The notes beneath the pieces are model-generated. The model ran no database searches, was not told the origin of the DNA, and worked only from the letters and a program-made list of their open reading frames with translations. The translations under genes and the position numbers were made by a program. From IMG/VR virus record IMGVR_UViG_3300032295_000225, positions 3,698 to 67,697 of that record: 64,000 nucleotides of DNA; one strand, written 5' to 3'. Position 1 is the stretch's first letter. Each line of letters opens with the position of its first letter. This DNA is from a virus (Duplodnaviria; Caudoviricetes). Shown here in pieces: positions 9,001 through 19,000 of the stretch.

Positions 9001-11508
9001 AATATGTGCATAGTAGGTGAATACTGAAACTAGTTCAGCACGGCCGCCATTAAGTACATAGGCTCCAATACCGTCACTAATTACTTGTGTAAAATCGTTA
9101 CTGACAATGGATCTATTGCCGCCGTTGTGCAAACTTCCGTCGATTTTTTGTCCTATAGCACAAGTACCAAAATTTGTAATATTTTGTAGGTAAGGAGAAC
9201 GTGATGTTATCCACACATCTTCGTGAGCCGGACCCCATCCAGGATCTAATGAAACAAAAGATCCTCCAGTTGGCCGTTGGTATAACTCAAATTGTAGATT
9301 TGGTGCTAACTCTCCGATTAACCCTGATAGTGTTAAATTTCGTATACCTGAACTATCTCGCACATAAAACATGTCATCTGTTTCGGATCCAATAATGTCA
9401 TTTACATACCATCTTACTTCTAATAATGATTTATAATTTCCTGTATAAGTAATATCGTTTATCCAAGCATCTATATAACTTTTAATATCTAGTCTACGAC
9501 GATCTCGATCGTATTGATACGACGGTACTAATTCATTTATAAAAGCAACTGCCTCTTCTGCTAAAAAATCTTTATTAGCTTGAAGAATTAATATTGCATT
9601 AGTGTGCGGAGCATCATTAATAACAGTCATACTACCAACTACAGTTGGATTAACACCTGTGCCAAGAATATTAAAATTGATGTATGCAATCATATCATCA
9701 ATAATGTTTTTAATTTCTATTCCAACTGCTGATGTGCTAGGAGTGGCAGGTATAATTTGTGCTTGTGTGTTGGTTACACTTTTTGTAACTACTACTCCGG
9801 TTATAACATTTTCAATTATATTAAAAAATCTTGTTAAAATTGCAACAATTGAGGGTCTATCATCAAATCTTTCTACGCTAGGATCATTAGGTTTAATTGT
9901 TGTAGCACGTAATTCGGCGCCGTCAACAGCGGTATTTTGCGGAACAATTATTGGTAATACTTCTTTGTATATTCCTGGCCAAACTTTGACTGTGGTCGTT
10001 CCATTAAATCCATCATTTGCTTTTTTACAGGCAAATTGTATTGTTCGGTAAGGTCTAAAATAATTTATACCTCTGTTTGATTCATTATCATCGACTCCGT
10101 CTGTACGCACGTGGAACACTCTATTAACAGTCCCCCACGGGTCGTATATTACATCATTGGCGCTGGCTATTTTTAAAGCTTCGTCTGGCTCACCAATTTG
10201 GATACTGGTGGACCCAATTGTACTGCCGTCATTTGCTAAAGTTCTCGATAGTCCGTAGACTAGCATATCGCCGAGCTGTTGTGTGCCGACAAATTCGCCA
10301 CCTTTAACTAAAATATCCCAGTAATTATATCCCGATCCGTTGTCTCCGGGGTAGTTATTATTAATAGAGGTGTGACTTACATTACATATGTAAGTAGTTC
10401 CGGTATAAAGGACCACATCATTTAATTCGTAATTAACGTTGGTTGCCCAGACGCCTTTCCAATCTTGTCCGTATGCTATTAATTCCCAGTTTGATGAATC
10501 TAGATAATCTATAGTACTGCCGTCTGCTAAAGAATTAACTAATGCTACGTATAGTTGGCCACCACGTCTAACAAGGTCGCCTGCTTTATAAGTTTGAGTG
10601 CTATCCCAAGTTCCAGCAAGATTTATAGCCTTTGTTATCACTGTCCAATTAGGATTTCCTGTAGAAAATGCTGTAGTTTCTCCGGGCTCACTATTAATAT
10701 TATTAGCGTTGCTTATATAAACATATCCACCAGATCTAACAACATCACCAGTGGCATAGTATTCAGAATTGCTCCAATTACTATAAAAATTAAATCCTTT
10801 TAATTCCGTAGTAAAGTTAGTGTTATTAATATTTCCAGCAACACTTGATGAAGTATGTTCTTCTATACATCGTAATAAACTGCCGCCGTATTTTACTAAA
10901 TCATTAATTCTGTATCTAGTGTTTATTGTGTATGGTCCAACAAATTTTACATTATTGTAAACAATTTCCCAAGTTTCAGCAGTACTGTCATTTGTACTAT
11001 CGCCGTCACCGATATCTATACCTTCATCGTTGCGTCCGGCTACGTGTTCTCGAATGGCTCTGTAAACAATTCCATTATAAGCTACGACATCACCTGCCTT
11101 ATAAACAGAACTCGGAGTCCAAGTTGTGCGCCAGTTATTCCCCTCAACAAATATGTCCCAATCAGTAATATTAGTTTCAAAGTATAAAGCTGAAGTATGT
11201 CCTGTTGAACATAGATATAAATTTCCGCCGGCGATGACTATATCACCTAATCCATAAATTATTGAACTAGCCCATGATCCCCTAAATTGATAACCATCTG
11301 TGACTTTTGTCCAGGCTGGAGATACGCTAGTGTCTAATGGATCTACAAGATATGTTTGATCTGTATTAAAATTACCAGCAGTGTGTGGACGTATGCAAGC
11401 CCAGCTCGATCCTGCATGAAAAACTATGTCATCTTCTATGTACGCAGCGGTTGTAGTCCAGTAACCTTTCCAACGATATCTAATTCGTGGTATATTAAAT
11501 TCAGCCAT
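6016..11508 (-). CDS. Large virion fibre/spike-like protein, 1830 aa: CBM5/12-like repeats, pectin-lyase-like beta-helix core, C-terminal beta-propeller-like repeats
   Basis: ORF track. Repeats W...T.Y..GD.V.YGG..Y.C...HTS at the N-terminus; FHVRTDGVD..RTIQFAC and GIYKEVLPIIVP (DUF1565/pectin-lyase-like start); W....LP....W..VAYG.GVFVA repeats near the C-terminus. Confidence 0.8.
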   Translation of the reverse strand: MAEFNIPRIRYRWKGYWTTTAAYIEDDIVFHAGSSWACIRPHTAGNFNTDQTYLVDPLDTSVSPAWTKVTDGYQFRGSWASSIIYGLGDIVIAGGNLYLCSTGHTSALYFETNITDWDIFVEGNNWRTTWTPSSVYKAGDVVAYNGIVYRAIREHVAGRNDEGIDIGDGDSTNDSTAETWEIVYNNVKFVGPYTINTRYRINDLVKYGGSLLRCIEEHTSSSVAGNINNTNFTTELKGFNFYSNWSNSEYYATGDVVRSGGYVYISNANNINSEPGETTAFSTGNPNWTVITKAINLAGTWDSTQTYKAGDLVRRGGQLYVALVNSLADGSTIDYLDSSNWELIAYGQDWKGVWATNVNYELNDVVLYTGTTYICNVSHTSINNNYPGDNGSGYNYWDILVKGGEFVGTQQLGDMLVYGLSRTLANDGSTIGSTSIQIGEPDEALKIASANDVIYDPWGTVNRVFHVRTDGVDDNESNRGINYFRPYRTIQFACKKANDGFNGTTTVKVWPGIYKEVLPIIVPQNTAVDGAELRATTIKPNDPSVERFDDRPSIVAILTRFFNIIENVITGVVVTKSVTNTQAQIIPATPSTSAVGIEIKNIIDDMIAYINFNILGTGVNPTVVGSMTVINDAPHTNAILILQANKDFLAEEAVAFINELVPSYQYDRDRRRLDIKSYIDAWINDITYTGNYKSLLEVRWYVNDIIGSETDDMFYVRDSSGIRNLTLSGLIGELAPNLQFELYQRPTGGSFVSLDPGWGPAHEDVWITSRSPYLQNITNFGTCAIGQKIDGSLHNGGNRSIVSNDFTQVISDGIGAYVLNGGRAELVSVFTYYAHIGMFAEDGGIIRATNGNSSYGTFGAIADNNDPAETPFYGYVNNRTEEAQIANAFAGEINDEILIVEFSNAGQEYSNAVYTVVGSGTGASLIQEEYRDNAIFEAQVRNAPGDTGGTEGAGDYILAGNNAQFGDTLTITLATSDEITQAEILGTRIILTSGEGTGQYGYVQAYNAGLKLVTVYRESDNQPGWDHVIPGTPSKNPLTTGTRYLFEPRITFSEPAFTTGITSQATVAPWSSVAYGETSATYSSIAGSTPTGTSFVTPATARWNVVKTGRSYTVTIAESGAGYEDEQIVIIDGATIGGTSIEHDITITVKSISDDSTNSIVTFEYEGIADSGKFVLMPSSGGSSLYSSNGSDWAAIALPSSGDWKSVAAGDNKFVAIKFNSANAIFSTSGTSWSSTALPSTSNWNSVTYGLASNYSTGLFLAVSGQSDAGAYTLNGTTWFSTTLPNVGDSSQSEWKDVAYGKGVFVAIANSSNAVAVGSYNSTSDTWTWTGVVVEVQDSTPEDWSSIAYGNGRFVIVSTSGDVSYSFEGSQWYTTSAGMPQPGATEMYWKQIRYGQGVFFAVGETSAAEATTFAATSYDGIVWTSRTLPGSYRWGAIGFGNPDISLGDSTVSNNRPMWVAAPSTSSGVISRIFTGARALGRAIVETGNITEIKLWEPGSGYVTTPTVTFTDPNNTYDAYVNPRLADGVLAQPTFLNRGINYRTSTTVISVIGNGFADIIPRGRFITLSGLGRIPGPGAQFRFGGREDAYTVVVTGIEVTPENGNFRSTFQISPVLTYDDDIRENTEVEIREKYSQVRITGHDFLDIGTGNFEETNYPELYSTGSYSTSPQNEVQELNGGRVFYTSTDQDGNFRTGELFAVEQATGIVTISADFFELEGLTELALGGVRLGGTGAVVREFSTDSLFIADSNNIVPTQRAIKSYLATRLNIGGSDLLTSSFIAGTVRVGPNLINSTAGTAIDIPVMVNFAGPGVGLSGSILATSMFYRSFRI

Positions 11509-11535
11509 TATTATGTTCCAGATGTCTTGATACTA

Positions 11536-11543
11536 TATTTATA
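11536..11543 (-). promoter_or_regulatory. Late promoter, exact T4 consensus TATAAATA
   Basis: Plus-strand tatttata; overlaps the TAA stop of 11539..11901 and lies upstream of ATG 11508. Confidence 0.75.
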
Positions 11544-11901
11544 TGCCGCTAGGATATGTATATTTTTGTCCGATCCTAACTATCAGTTGCCCTTCGTCGT
11601 TGATATAATAAAACAATGATCTATTATCCCATCTATATTGTTCGTAATTTAAACCTTCCCAAACAATTGTATGATTATCGTCGCGACCTTCTGTAAAATC
11701 AACTCCATGTTCAAAATCTGGAAATGTTTCGCCCGAATCAATGGGCAAGTTTATTTCTAAAGAATCTGATGGGCTTAGAGTGTTTAGCTTGCCCATGTAT
11801 AAATCACCATCTTCTGTCCTACGCAGTCCGTAAAAGTATTGGGGATTGCCTCCCAGTACTGTGTCATCTGATGATGTAAAAAAGTAGTTATTTCCTGCCA
11901 T
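11539..11901 (-). CDS. Hypothetical protein (120 aa), probably virion-associated
   Basis: ORF track; RBS AAGGA; tightly packed in the late structural operon. Confidence 0.75.
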   Translation of the reverse strand: MAGNNYFFTSSDDTVLGGNPQYFYGLRRTEDGDLYMGKLNTLSPSDSLEINLPIDSGETFPDFEHGVDFTEGRDDNHTIVWEGLNYEQYRWDNRSLFYYINDEGQLIVRIGQKYTYPSGI

Positions 11902-11912
11902 AGTGTTATTCC

Positions 11913-12242
11913 TTATACAATTTCAGCATAACTGATTACTGCATCTACGCTGTTGTCAGTGTCTGATATAATTCTTAGACCGCACTGTTCTGATAGAATT
12001 AATTTTTCACCGTTGGTTATCATCTTAAGACTACTATAAGGTGCTATTGCTATATTGTTAGCATAGTAACCTGTAGTGCTCGACGAATCAGTTATAAAAA
12101 TGCTAATAGTTACAATCTCATCTGTAGTATTTGCAAGATTGCAACCAATAATGGTAAATCGATTATTATCAACAGTCTGTAGAACATCTACTGCTGTTGA
12201 TCCTATATTTTTAACTACTTTAGTTCTAAAAAACGTTGCCAT
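11913..12242 (-). CDS. Small beta-rich structural/adaptor protein (109 aa)
   Basis: ORF track; shares the CN..(T)..I.I....Y/L....I.I.P......EK(L/I)IL...(D/V)A.IS pattern with 20181..20513. Confidence 0.75.
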   Translation of the reverse strand: MATFFRTKVVKNIGSTAVDVLQTVDNNRFTIIGCNLANTTDEIVTISIFITDSSSTTGYYANNIAIAPYSSLKMITNGEKLILSEQCGLRIISDTDNSVDAVISYAEIV

Positions 12243-12251
12243 ATTATTTTA

Positions 12252-15200
12252 TCATCCAAAAATTAGAGCCATAGTGGCTGCAATATCATTTGCTGTTGCT
12301 GAGCTAATACCTGATGCAGCACCTGCCACAGAATTCCAGTTTGCGCCGTCGTGAGCTTCAACAAGTCCTAAATCTGTATTAAATCTAATCATGCCAATTT
12401 GTGGCGTGCCTGGTCGCGAGCCATTGGGGCCTGACGGTATAACTACAGCATTAGTGCCAACAATATAGTAGTATCCGTTGCCAGTTGATCTAAATTCTGT
12501 TACTACGCTAGCATTAGTATTTGTTATAGTGTTAGCGGTAATCCTAAAACCATCTATTACTACAGCACCTGTTCCGTTAGGTCTTAGTTCTAGATCGGTA
12601 TTGGTAGTTGTAGTTCTAATAACATTACCATTAATTTCTAAATCGTCAACTACAATTTTATTAGGAGCAAACTTAGTACTGTCTAGTGTAGCCGCTAATT
12701 GATTGTCAGCGTAAAAATATAATGTATTATCATTTGCACCGGGAGTTGATTCAGGTATAATGTAGGTGTTTCTATCTACGTCACTAATGCCGCCAAGTTG
12801 TAACCAGTAAGACCCGTTATAACCTTCATATCTATTGGCAGTAGAATTAAATCTAATCATGCCACTTGTAGGCGCTGCTGGACGATCTCCGTCGGTTCCA
12901 GCAGGTAATTGTAGTGATTGAGTACCGTTAATTTTTACAATACCGGTTCCACTAGGCGTAAGTTCAATGTCTTGTCCGGCAACAGTTCCCGAAATAGTAC
13001 TGCTATTAACACTTAAACTTTCAAATACAATAGATCCACTTCCGTTTGCACGTAGTTCTAAATTACTATTAGACAATGTTGTTTGTACAACATTTCCTTG
13101 AATCTCTATATCACCTGTGCTGAACAGGCTTGATGTTATCGGAGTACTAACTATTAAATTAGTTGTAGTTAGTGTACCAGTAACTGTTGTAGTTTTTAAT
13201 GTTGTAGTTCCAGAAGTTATTGTTAAATTTTGATCTATAATAACATTATTAGACGGAACGCTGACAATCCCTGTACCGTTTGCACGTAATTCTAAATCAG
13301 CATTTGATGTTACAGTTTGAATGTAATTGTCATTGATCTCAATATCATTAACAGTTACGTTTGAAGCGTATACATTTCTCCATCTTAGGCCGTTTGAACC
13401 AATGTCAAAATTTCCAGTAACACTAGGGATTAGGTTATTAGTAATACTACCAACTAGATTAATAGTGTCTGAACTGTTGTCTCCAATTTGAATATTTCCG
13501 CCAAGTGTGATGTTTCCAGTAACTCCTAAATTACCAGTAATATCTGTATCTTTTAGTAGCTGTATTTTACCGGTACCATTCGGGTTGATATTAATGTCGG
13601 CATTTGTAGCGTTTGATGAAATTACATTAGATTTTAAATCAAGAGAGTCAATACGTATAGCGCCAGTGCCGTTTGCACGTAGTTCTAAATTGCTGTTAGA
13701 TACAGTAGTAGTAATTACATTTCCACTAATTGATATATCATCAACTATTGCTTCAGCAAGATATACATTTTGCCACTGTTTAGATGTTGATCCTAAATTG
13801 TAAGTAGTATTTGTACTAGGAACAACGTTGCTATTAACTTGTGAATTAAAAGTAACAGTGTCGCTTGAACTATCTCCAATTACTGTGTTGCCGTTAAAAT
13901 TAACATCTTGTACAACATCTAATGTGCCTGTTATCGTAACATTAGATGTTGAAGTTATTTCACTGTTGGCTGCGGTTAATGTCACACCACCAGTAGTACT
14001 TTCTATAGTATTGCCACTAATCCTAATGTTACCTGTTTCAATCTTTGTAGGATCTACTATAGTGATATTTGGTCCATCTGTAAATGTAACACCAGATGGA
14101 CTTGTAATAGTAAGACTACTAGGATTAAAAGTAATTGTTCCGTCGTCTTGATTTACATAAAAGTATTCGCCTACCCTGTAATCGCCTTTGTGATCAACAC
14201 TGGTGTAATAGAGTCTAGCACTGGTTGTCTGTACTATTTCGTTAGCTTGTATTACCGATGTTGCATCGTTGTCTGAGAATCGTCCAACGCCTACATATCC
14301 AAAATTGTGGCTTACAAAGTACCCAATAACTCCGTATCCATCACCTACAGCGCCGTAGTTACCGTAGACACTAGCTGATGCAATACTGCGAAGCTCAACC
14401 CCAAAATCTGAATAATCAACGTTAGCTAAGTAACTGGCTGTTTGCCCGCCTGGACTAAATGTAATTACCTGTTGGTTATCGGTATCCGGGGGAGCCAGTG
14501 ATGTTTCCCATCCTGTAATTTTCCCGTCTAGAACAATATAGGTATAAGGAGAATCATAGGTAACACTTTCAATTGTTCCAGTTGTAACTGTTGCAGGATT
14601 TACACTGACATTTTCTACACTAATTGTGTTGCCTGGTGCCAGTGTTGCTGCACTAATACCATAGACTTTTAATCTTGTTTTTGGATCTCCGCCGTTAGCC
14701 CCAGCAAACCCAGTTGACCCGCTTGTTAGATAAAAACTTCTATCTGCAAAATAGGTAAAGCTGTTAAGCCACTCTATTCGTACTCCGTTGGTAGCAGTAA
14801 TCGCATCAACACCCGGACATATAAATGTCACGGAGTGAAACAACATAGTTGCTTCTTTACTAGCAGGGTTAACTACACTGCCATCTAAGTATGCTCCTTT
14901 ACCTGCATCTCCTGCTAGAAACCCACGAGGATCGTCTACAGGATTTGTCATTAGCCTAACAGTACTACCAGCTGTGATAACAGACACGTTTCTAATATAT
15001 GGGCTGCGTGTAGTTACAGTCATATTAGGCGCAAAACGGAATGCATATCCAGTATTTGTTCCTACATCATATTCATAACCAGTTATTGTTAAATCTTCTA
15101 CAGTAGTTTCACCGTTTAGATGAAATATATCAACAGTAACATCACTGTCAGGCTGAATAGTAACTGATCGAATACCTGCACCCTTAACAGTTACACCCGC

Positions 15201-16040
15201 TGGCACAACTAGGGGTAGTGTTTCGCTGTATGTTCCTGGGTAGATGTAAACAGTATCACCTGCGGAAGCTAAGTCAAGTGCGCGGCCAACTGAACTTAAC
15301 GGATCTTGTTGATGTGTACCACCATTATCATCTGAACCATTTACGGCAACATAGTAGATATTGCCTTGCGACAGACCTATGTTAATTCCTTCAACTTCAA
15401 TTGCACCTGTTGCGACAGATTCCGCATATAGATTGCTGACCCAAACATCATTCCATCTCTTAGTGCTACTTCCTAATTTATAAGTATCAGTTACGTCTGG
15501 AGTAACATTACTAGCTATATCTGCATTAAATGTAATATTATCAGTGTTAGCATCACCCAACTGTAAATTGCCGTCAGCAGTGATAGTCCCTGTTGCGTGT
15601 AAGTCTCCAAATACTTCTACATTAGAATTTAAGTTGATTGTACCTGTGCCATTAGCAGTTAGTTCTAAATCTGCATTGGAATTAATAGTGGCAATTCTAT
15701 TGCCTTCAATTTGTATATCATCTACTTGTAGTCTGTTTTGATAAACAACTTGGCCGCTGTCGTTGGGGTTGAGACTTAATACGCCTGTATTACTGTAAAT
15801 TTGATTTCCGGTAACTACTATGTTACCTAGAGTAGCAACGCTTGTAACTTCTAGATTGGTAGATCTTGTTGTGCCGTTAACTGTTAGTTCGTAACTAGGA
15901 CTAGTAGTTTTAATACCTACTTTTCTATTAGTAACATCTAAATAAATTAAGTCATTATCAAACGCTAGATCGACACCATCTCGTTCTAGATTTCCGCTGG
16001 TATTACCCAGCATTTGACCCGTTATTTTACCTACAGTCAT
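12252..16040 (-). CDS. Fibre-like virion protein, 1262 aa (repeated SN.DLEL.ANGTG units, beta-helix core, Mtd_N-like C-terminal repeats)
   Basis: ORF track; YYVAVNGSD..GDTVYIYPGTYSETLPLVVPAGVTVKG and RSPYIRNV core; G.IRFN......EGY.G..W motifs; paralog of 16076..19576. Confidence 0.8.
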   Translation of the reverse strand: MTVGKITGQMLGNTSGNLERDGVDLAFDNDLIYLDVTNRKVGIKTTSPSYELTVNGTTRSTNLEVTSVATLGNIVVTGNQIYSNTGVLSLNPNDSGQVVYQNRLQVDDIQIEGNRIATINSNADLELTANGTGTINLNSNVEVFGDLHATGTITADGNLQLGDANTDNITFNADIASNVTPDVTDTYKLGSSTKRWNDVWVSNLYAESVATGAIEVEGINIGLSQGNIYYVAVNGSDDNGGTHQQDPLSSVGRALDLASAGDTVYIYPGTYSETLPLVVPAGVTVKGAGIRSVTIQPDSDVTVDIFHLNGETTVEDLTITGYEYDVGTNTGYAFRFAPNMTVTTRSPYIRNVSVITAGSTVRLMTNPVDDPRGFLAGDAGKGAYLDGSVVNPASKEATMLFHSVTFICPGVDAITATNGVRIEWLNSFTYFADRSFYLTSGSTGFAGANGGDPKTRLKVYGISAATLAPGNTISVENVSVNPATVTTGTIESVTYDSPYTYIVLDGKITGWETSLAPPDTDNQQVITFSPGGQTASYLANVDYSDFGVELRSIASASVYGNYGAVGDGYGVIGYFVSHNFGYVGVGRFSDNDATSVIQANEIVQTTSARLYYTSVDHKGDYRVGEYFYVNQDDGTITFNPSSLTITSPSGVTFTDGPNITIVDPTKIETGNIRISGNTIESTTGGVTLTAANSEITSTSNVTITGTLDVVQDVNFNGNTVIGDSSSDTVTFNSQVNSNVVPSTNTTYNLGSTSKQWQNVYLAEAIVDDISISGNVITTTVSNSNLELRANGTGAIRIDSLDLKSNVISSNATNADININPNGTGKIQLLKDTDITGNLGVTGNITLGGNIQIGDNSSDTINLVGSITNNLIPSVTGNFDIGSNGLRWRNVYASNVTVNDIEINDNYIQTVTSNADLELRANGTGIVSVPSNNVIIDQNLTITSGTTTLKTTTVTGTLTTTNLIVSTPITSSLFSTGDIEIQGNVVQTTLSNSNLELRANGSGSIVFESLSVNSSTISGTVAGQDIELTPSGTGIVKINGTQSLQLPAGTDGDRPAAPTSGMIRFNSTANRYEGYNGSYWLQLGGISDVDRNTYIIPESTPGANDNTLYFYADNQLAATLDSTKFAPNKIVVDDLEINGNVIRTTTTNTDLELRPNGTGAVVIDGFRITANTITNTNASVVTEFRSTGNGYYYIVGTNAVVIPSGPNGSRPGTPQIGMIRFNTDLGLVEAHDGANWNSVAGAASGISSATANDIAATMALIFG

Positions 16041-16058
16041 AGAATTCCACCGTTTTTA

Positions 16059-16066
16059 TATTTAGC
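16059..16066 (-). promoter_or_regulatory. Late promoter (GCTAAATA)
   Basis: Intergenic, 18 nt before ATG 16040. Confidence 0.7.
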
Positions 16067-16075
16067 TTTTTTGGC

Positions 16076-19000
16076 TTATCCGAAGAGCAGGCCGTATAAG
16101 TCGCTTATTAATTCCATCTCTTCAGCACTAACTACATCAACACCTGTTCCTGCAGCAGATATCCATGCAGTTCCGTTGTAAACTTCTTGCGTAAATGTGG
16201 TAGTATTATATCTTGTTGCGCCTATAGGCGCAGTGACTGGTTGTTGTCCTGTTAGTCCGTGAGGAATACGTATGGCACCAGTTCCTACAAATTTTACATA
16301 ACCGTTGCCTGTGGAAACAATTTGAGTTTCTGCATCAAGTGTAATATTTGTTATGATGTTATCTGTAATATTAAAACTGTCTTTAATATTAAGAATTCCA
16401 GATCCACTTCTTTCTAATTCTAAATCTGCGTTGGAGTTCATAGTACCAATAACATTATTATTAATATCTATTTCATCTACCATTATTCTGTTAAATGTTG
16501 CTGCTTGTGCAGTAATTGTTGCAGATAGTACTCCGCTTGCGTACATCCTAATAGTGTTGTCGTTAGCACCAGGTGTAAGTTCAGGACTAATACCGGTGTT
16601 GCCGTCAGTGTCAAATAGATTGTATAACGAAATATTTCTGCCTGTAATTTTTCCTTCAAACGTAGAACTTGAATTGTTGTATCTAATTTCACCGTTAGTA
16701 GTTAGTGTTCTATTAGTGTTATTGCCTATAGGAAGCTGGAGTGCTTTTGTACTTTGAATAGCTACACTTTTTCCGCTAATGGGATTAAAAATAATTGATC
16801 TATTAGTTTCAGTACCAGAAGTTAAACTATTTGAAATAGTTGATCCCGTTATTTGTAACACGTTGTCAAACACAACATTTCCAGTGCCGTTAGCCCGTAG
16901 TTCTAAACTACTATTAGATAACGTAGTTGTAATATAGTTTTCGTCAAATATAATATCATCGGTTATAAAAGTTGAAGCACTTATATTATTAGTACTAACT
17001 AATCCCGCACCAGCAGTTAAAAATCCGTCTATAGTTGTATTTTTTAAATTTGTTAAACCGTTAACTGTTAAATTTTGTACTACTGATACACTATCGGGTA
17101 TGTTAATAATACCAGTGCCGTTGGCACGTAGTTCTAAGTTTGAGTTAGAAACCGTAGACCTAATATAGTTATCGTTTATTTCTATATCATCTACTAATAG
17201 ATTTGACATAAACAAGTTACGCCATGTTTTTACAACACTACCAATATCATAAAATCCAGTAATGTTAGGAATTAAATCACTACCAATTTTACCCACAGGG
17301 TCAATACTATCTATAATAACGTCACCTAGTTGTATGCTACCTCCTAACGTAATATTTCCAGTAACTACTAAGTTGCCGGTAATATCAGTATTTTTAAGTA
17401 GCTGTATTTTTCCAGTTCCGTTGGGATTAATATTAATATCAGCATTTGTTGCAGTAGACGAAATAGTATTTGAACTAATATCTAATGCATCAATTCTAAT
17501 TACACCTGTACCAGTAGCTCCAAATTCTAAATTAGAATTGCTTTGAGTTGTTGATATAAAATTAGTATTAATTAGTATATCATCAAAGGTCGCCTGTGTA
17601 GAATATAATGTTTTCCATCTGTTGGCAGTTGATCCTAGATCAAAATTATTTGCGCTAGGAAGAATGTTAGAATTTACACTAGCATTGAAATAAACAGTGT
17701 CAGATGAACTATTACCAATAGTTACATTTTTATTTAATGTAACTAGTTGTTCCACAGTTAGTGATTGATTAACAGTTAGATTTGATGTGATGTCAATATC
17801 ATTATTAGATGCTGTAAATGTTATTCCACCAGAATTACTTTGTATTGTGTTTCCAGTTAATGTAATATTACCTGTAGTAATTTCAAAAGCGTCAATGTAG
17901 CTTGAAGTCACTCCGTTAGTAACTGTTATATTTGTGCTAGCGATTGCTACAGAATTAAGAATAATTTTACCAGTAGATTGCTCAATAGTTACAAGGTCTC
18001 CAATACGATAATTACCGCTTTGATCAACAGTTTGATAATGTACTACTCCACTATTAAGTTCTACAACTTCGTTAACTTGTATGGCCGATGACGGATCGTT
18101 TTCGCTATCGCCATCTAGTCCAATATATGCAAAATTATGACTGATTAGATACATTAATGTATCTACACCATCAGCTACTGCTCCGTAGGTGCCGTAGACG
18201 TTTGCTGAGCCAATAGACCTAATTTCTGCTCCGTATCTTAGTGTACTGCCGTCTTGTGTTACTCGTCCAGTACCTCGTATTGCATATAACCCTCGTTCAG
18301 CAAAGTATGTAAAACAATTTAACCATTCTATTCTGACGCCGTTGGTCATTGTTATAGCATCAACACCCGGAGTAATAAACGTACAACTATGGAATAGCAT
18401 ACTTGCTTCATTAGTTCCAGCAAGAGCTAATGAGCCGTCAACTTTGGCGCCTTTGCCTGCATCGCCTGCGGCAAAGCCGCGTGGGTCAGTTCCGCTAGTA
18501 ATTGAACCTGTAGTTATTACTGTTATGTTTCTAACATAAGGACTGCGACTTGTTACAATAAATCCTGGAGCAAAACTAAATGCATATCCTGTGTCATTTA
18601 TACTGTCGTAGAAAAAATCTGCTACGGTTAAATCTTCAACAGTGGTTTCGCCGTTAAGTAGGAATACGTTTTCACTATCACTAGATGTATCTGGTTTTAT
18701 TGTTACATCTCGTATACTAGATCCTTTTACAGTGACTCCTGCTGGCACTGTGAGGGGTAATAGTTCATAATATGTTCCAGGATAGATGTAGACAGTATCT
18801 CCTGCAGTTGCTACTGACAATGCTTTTTCAACAGTGTCAAACGGGCCGTTTGGGTGATCACCTACGTTATCATAACTACCGTTAACGGCTACATACCAAA
18901 TATTTCCTTGACGAAGTCCTAAGTCTATTCCGTTTACAAATGCGCCGCCGGATGCATAAACTGCTCCATTTACTAAATTTGTATGTAGCTCACTCCATTT

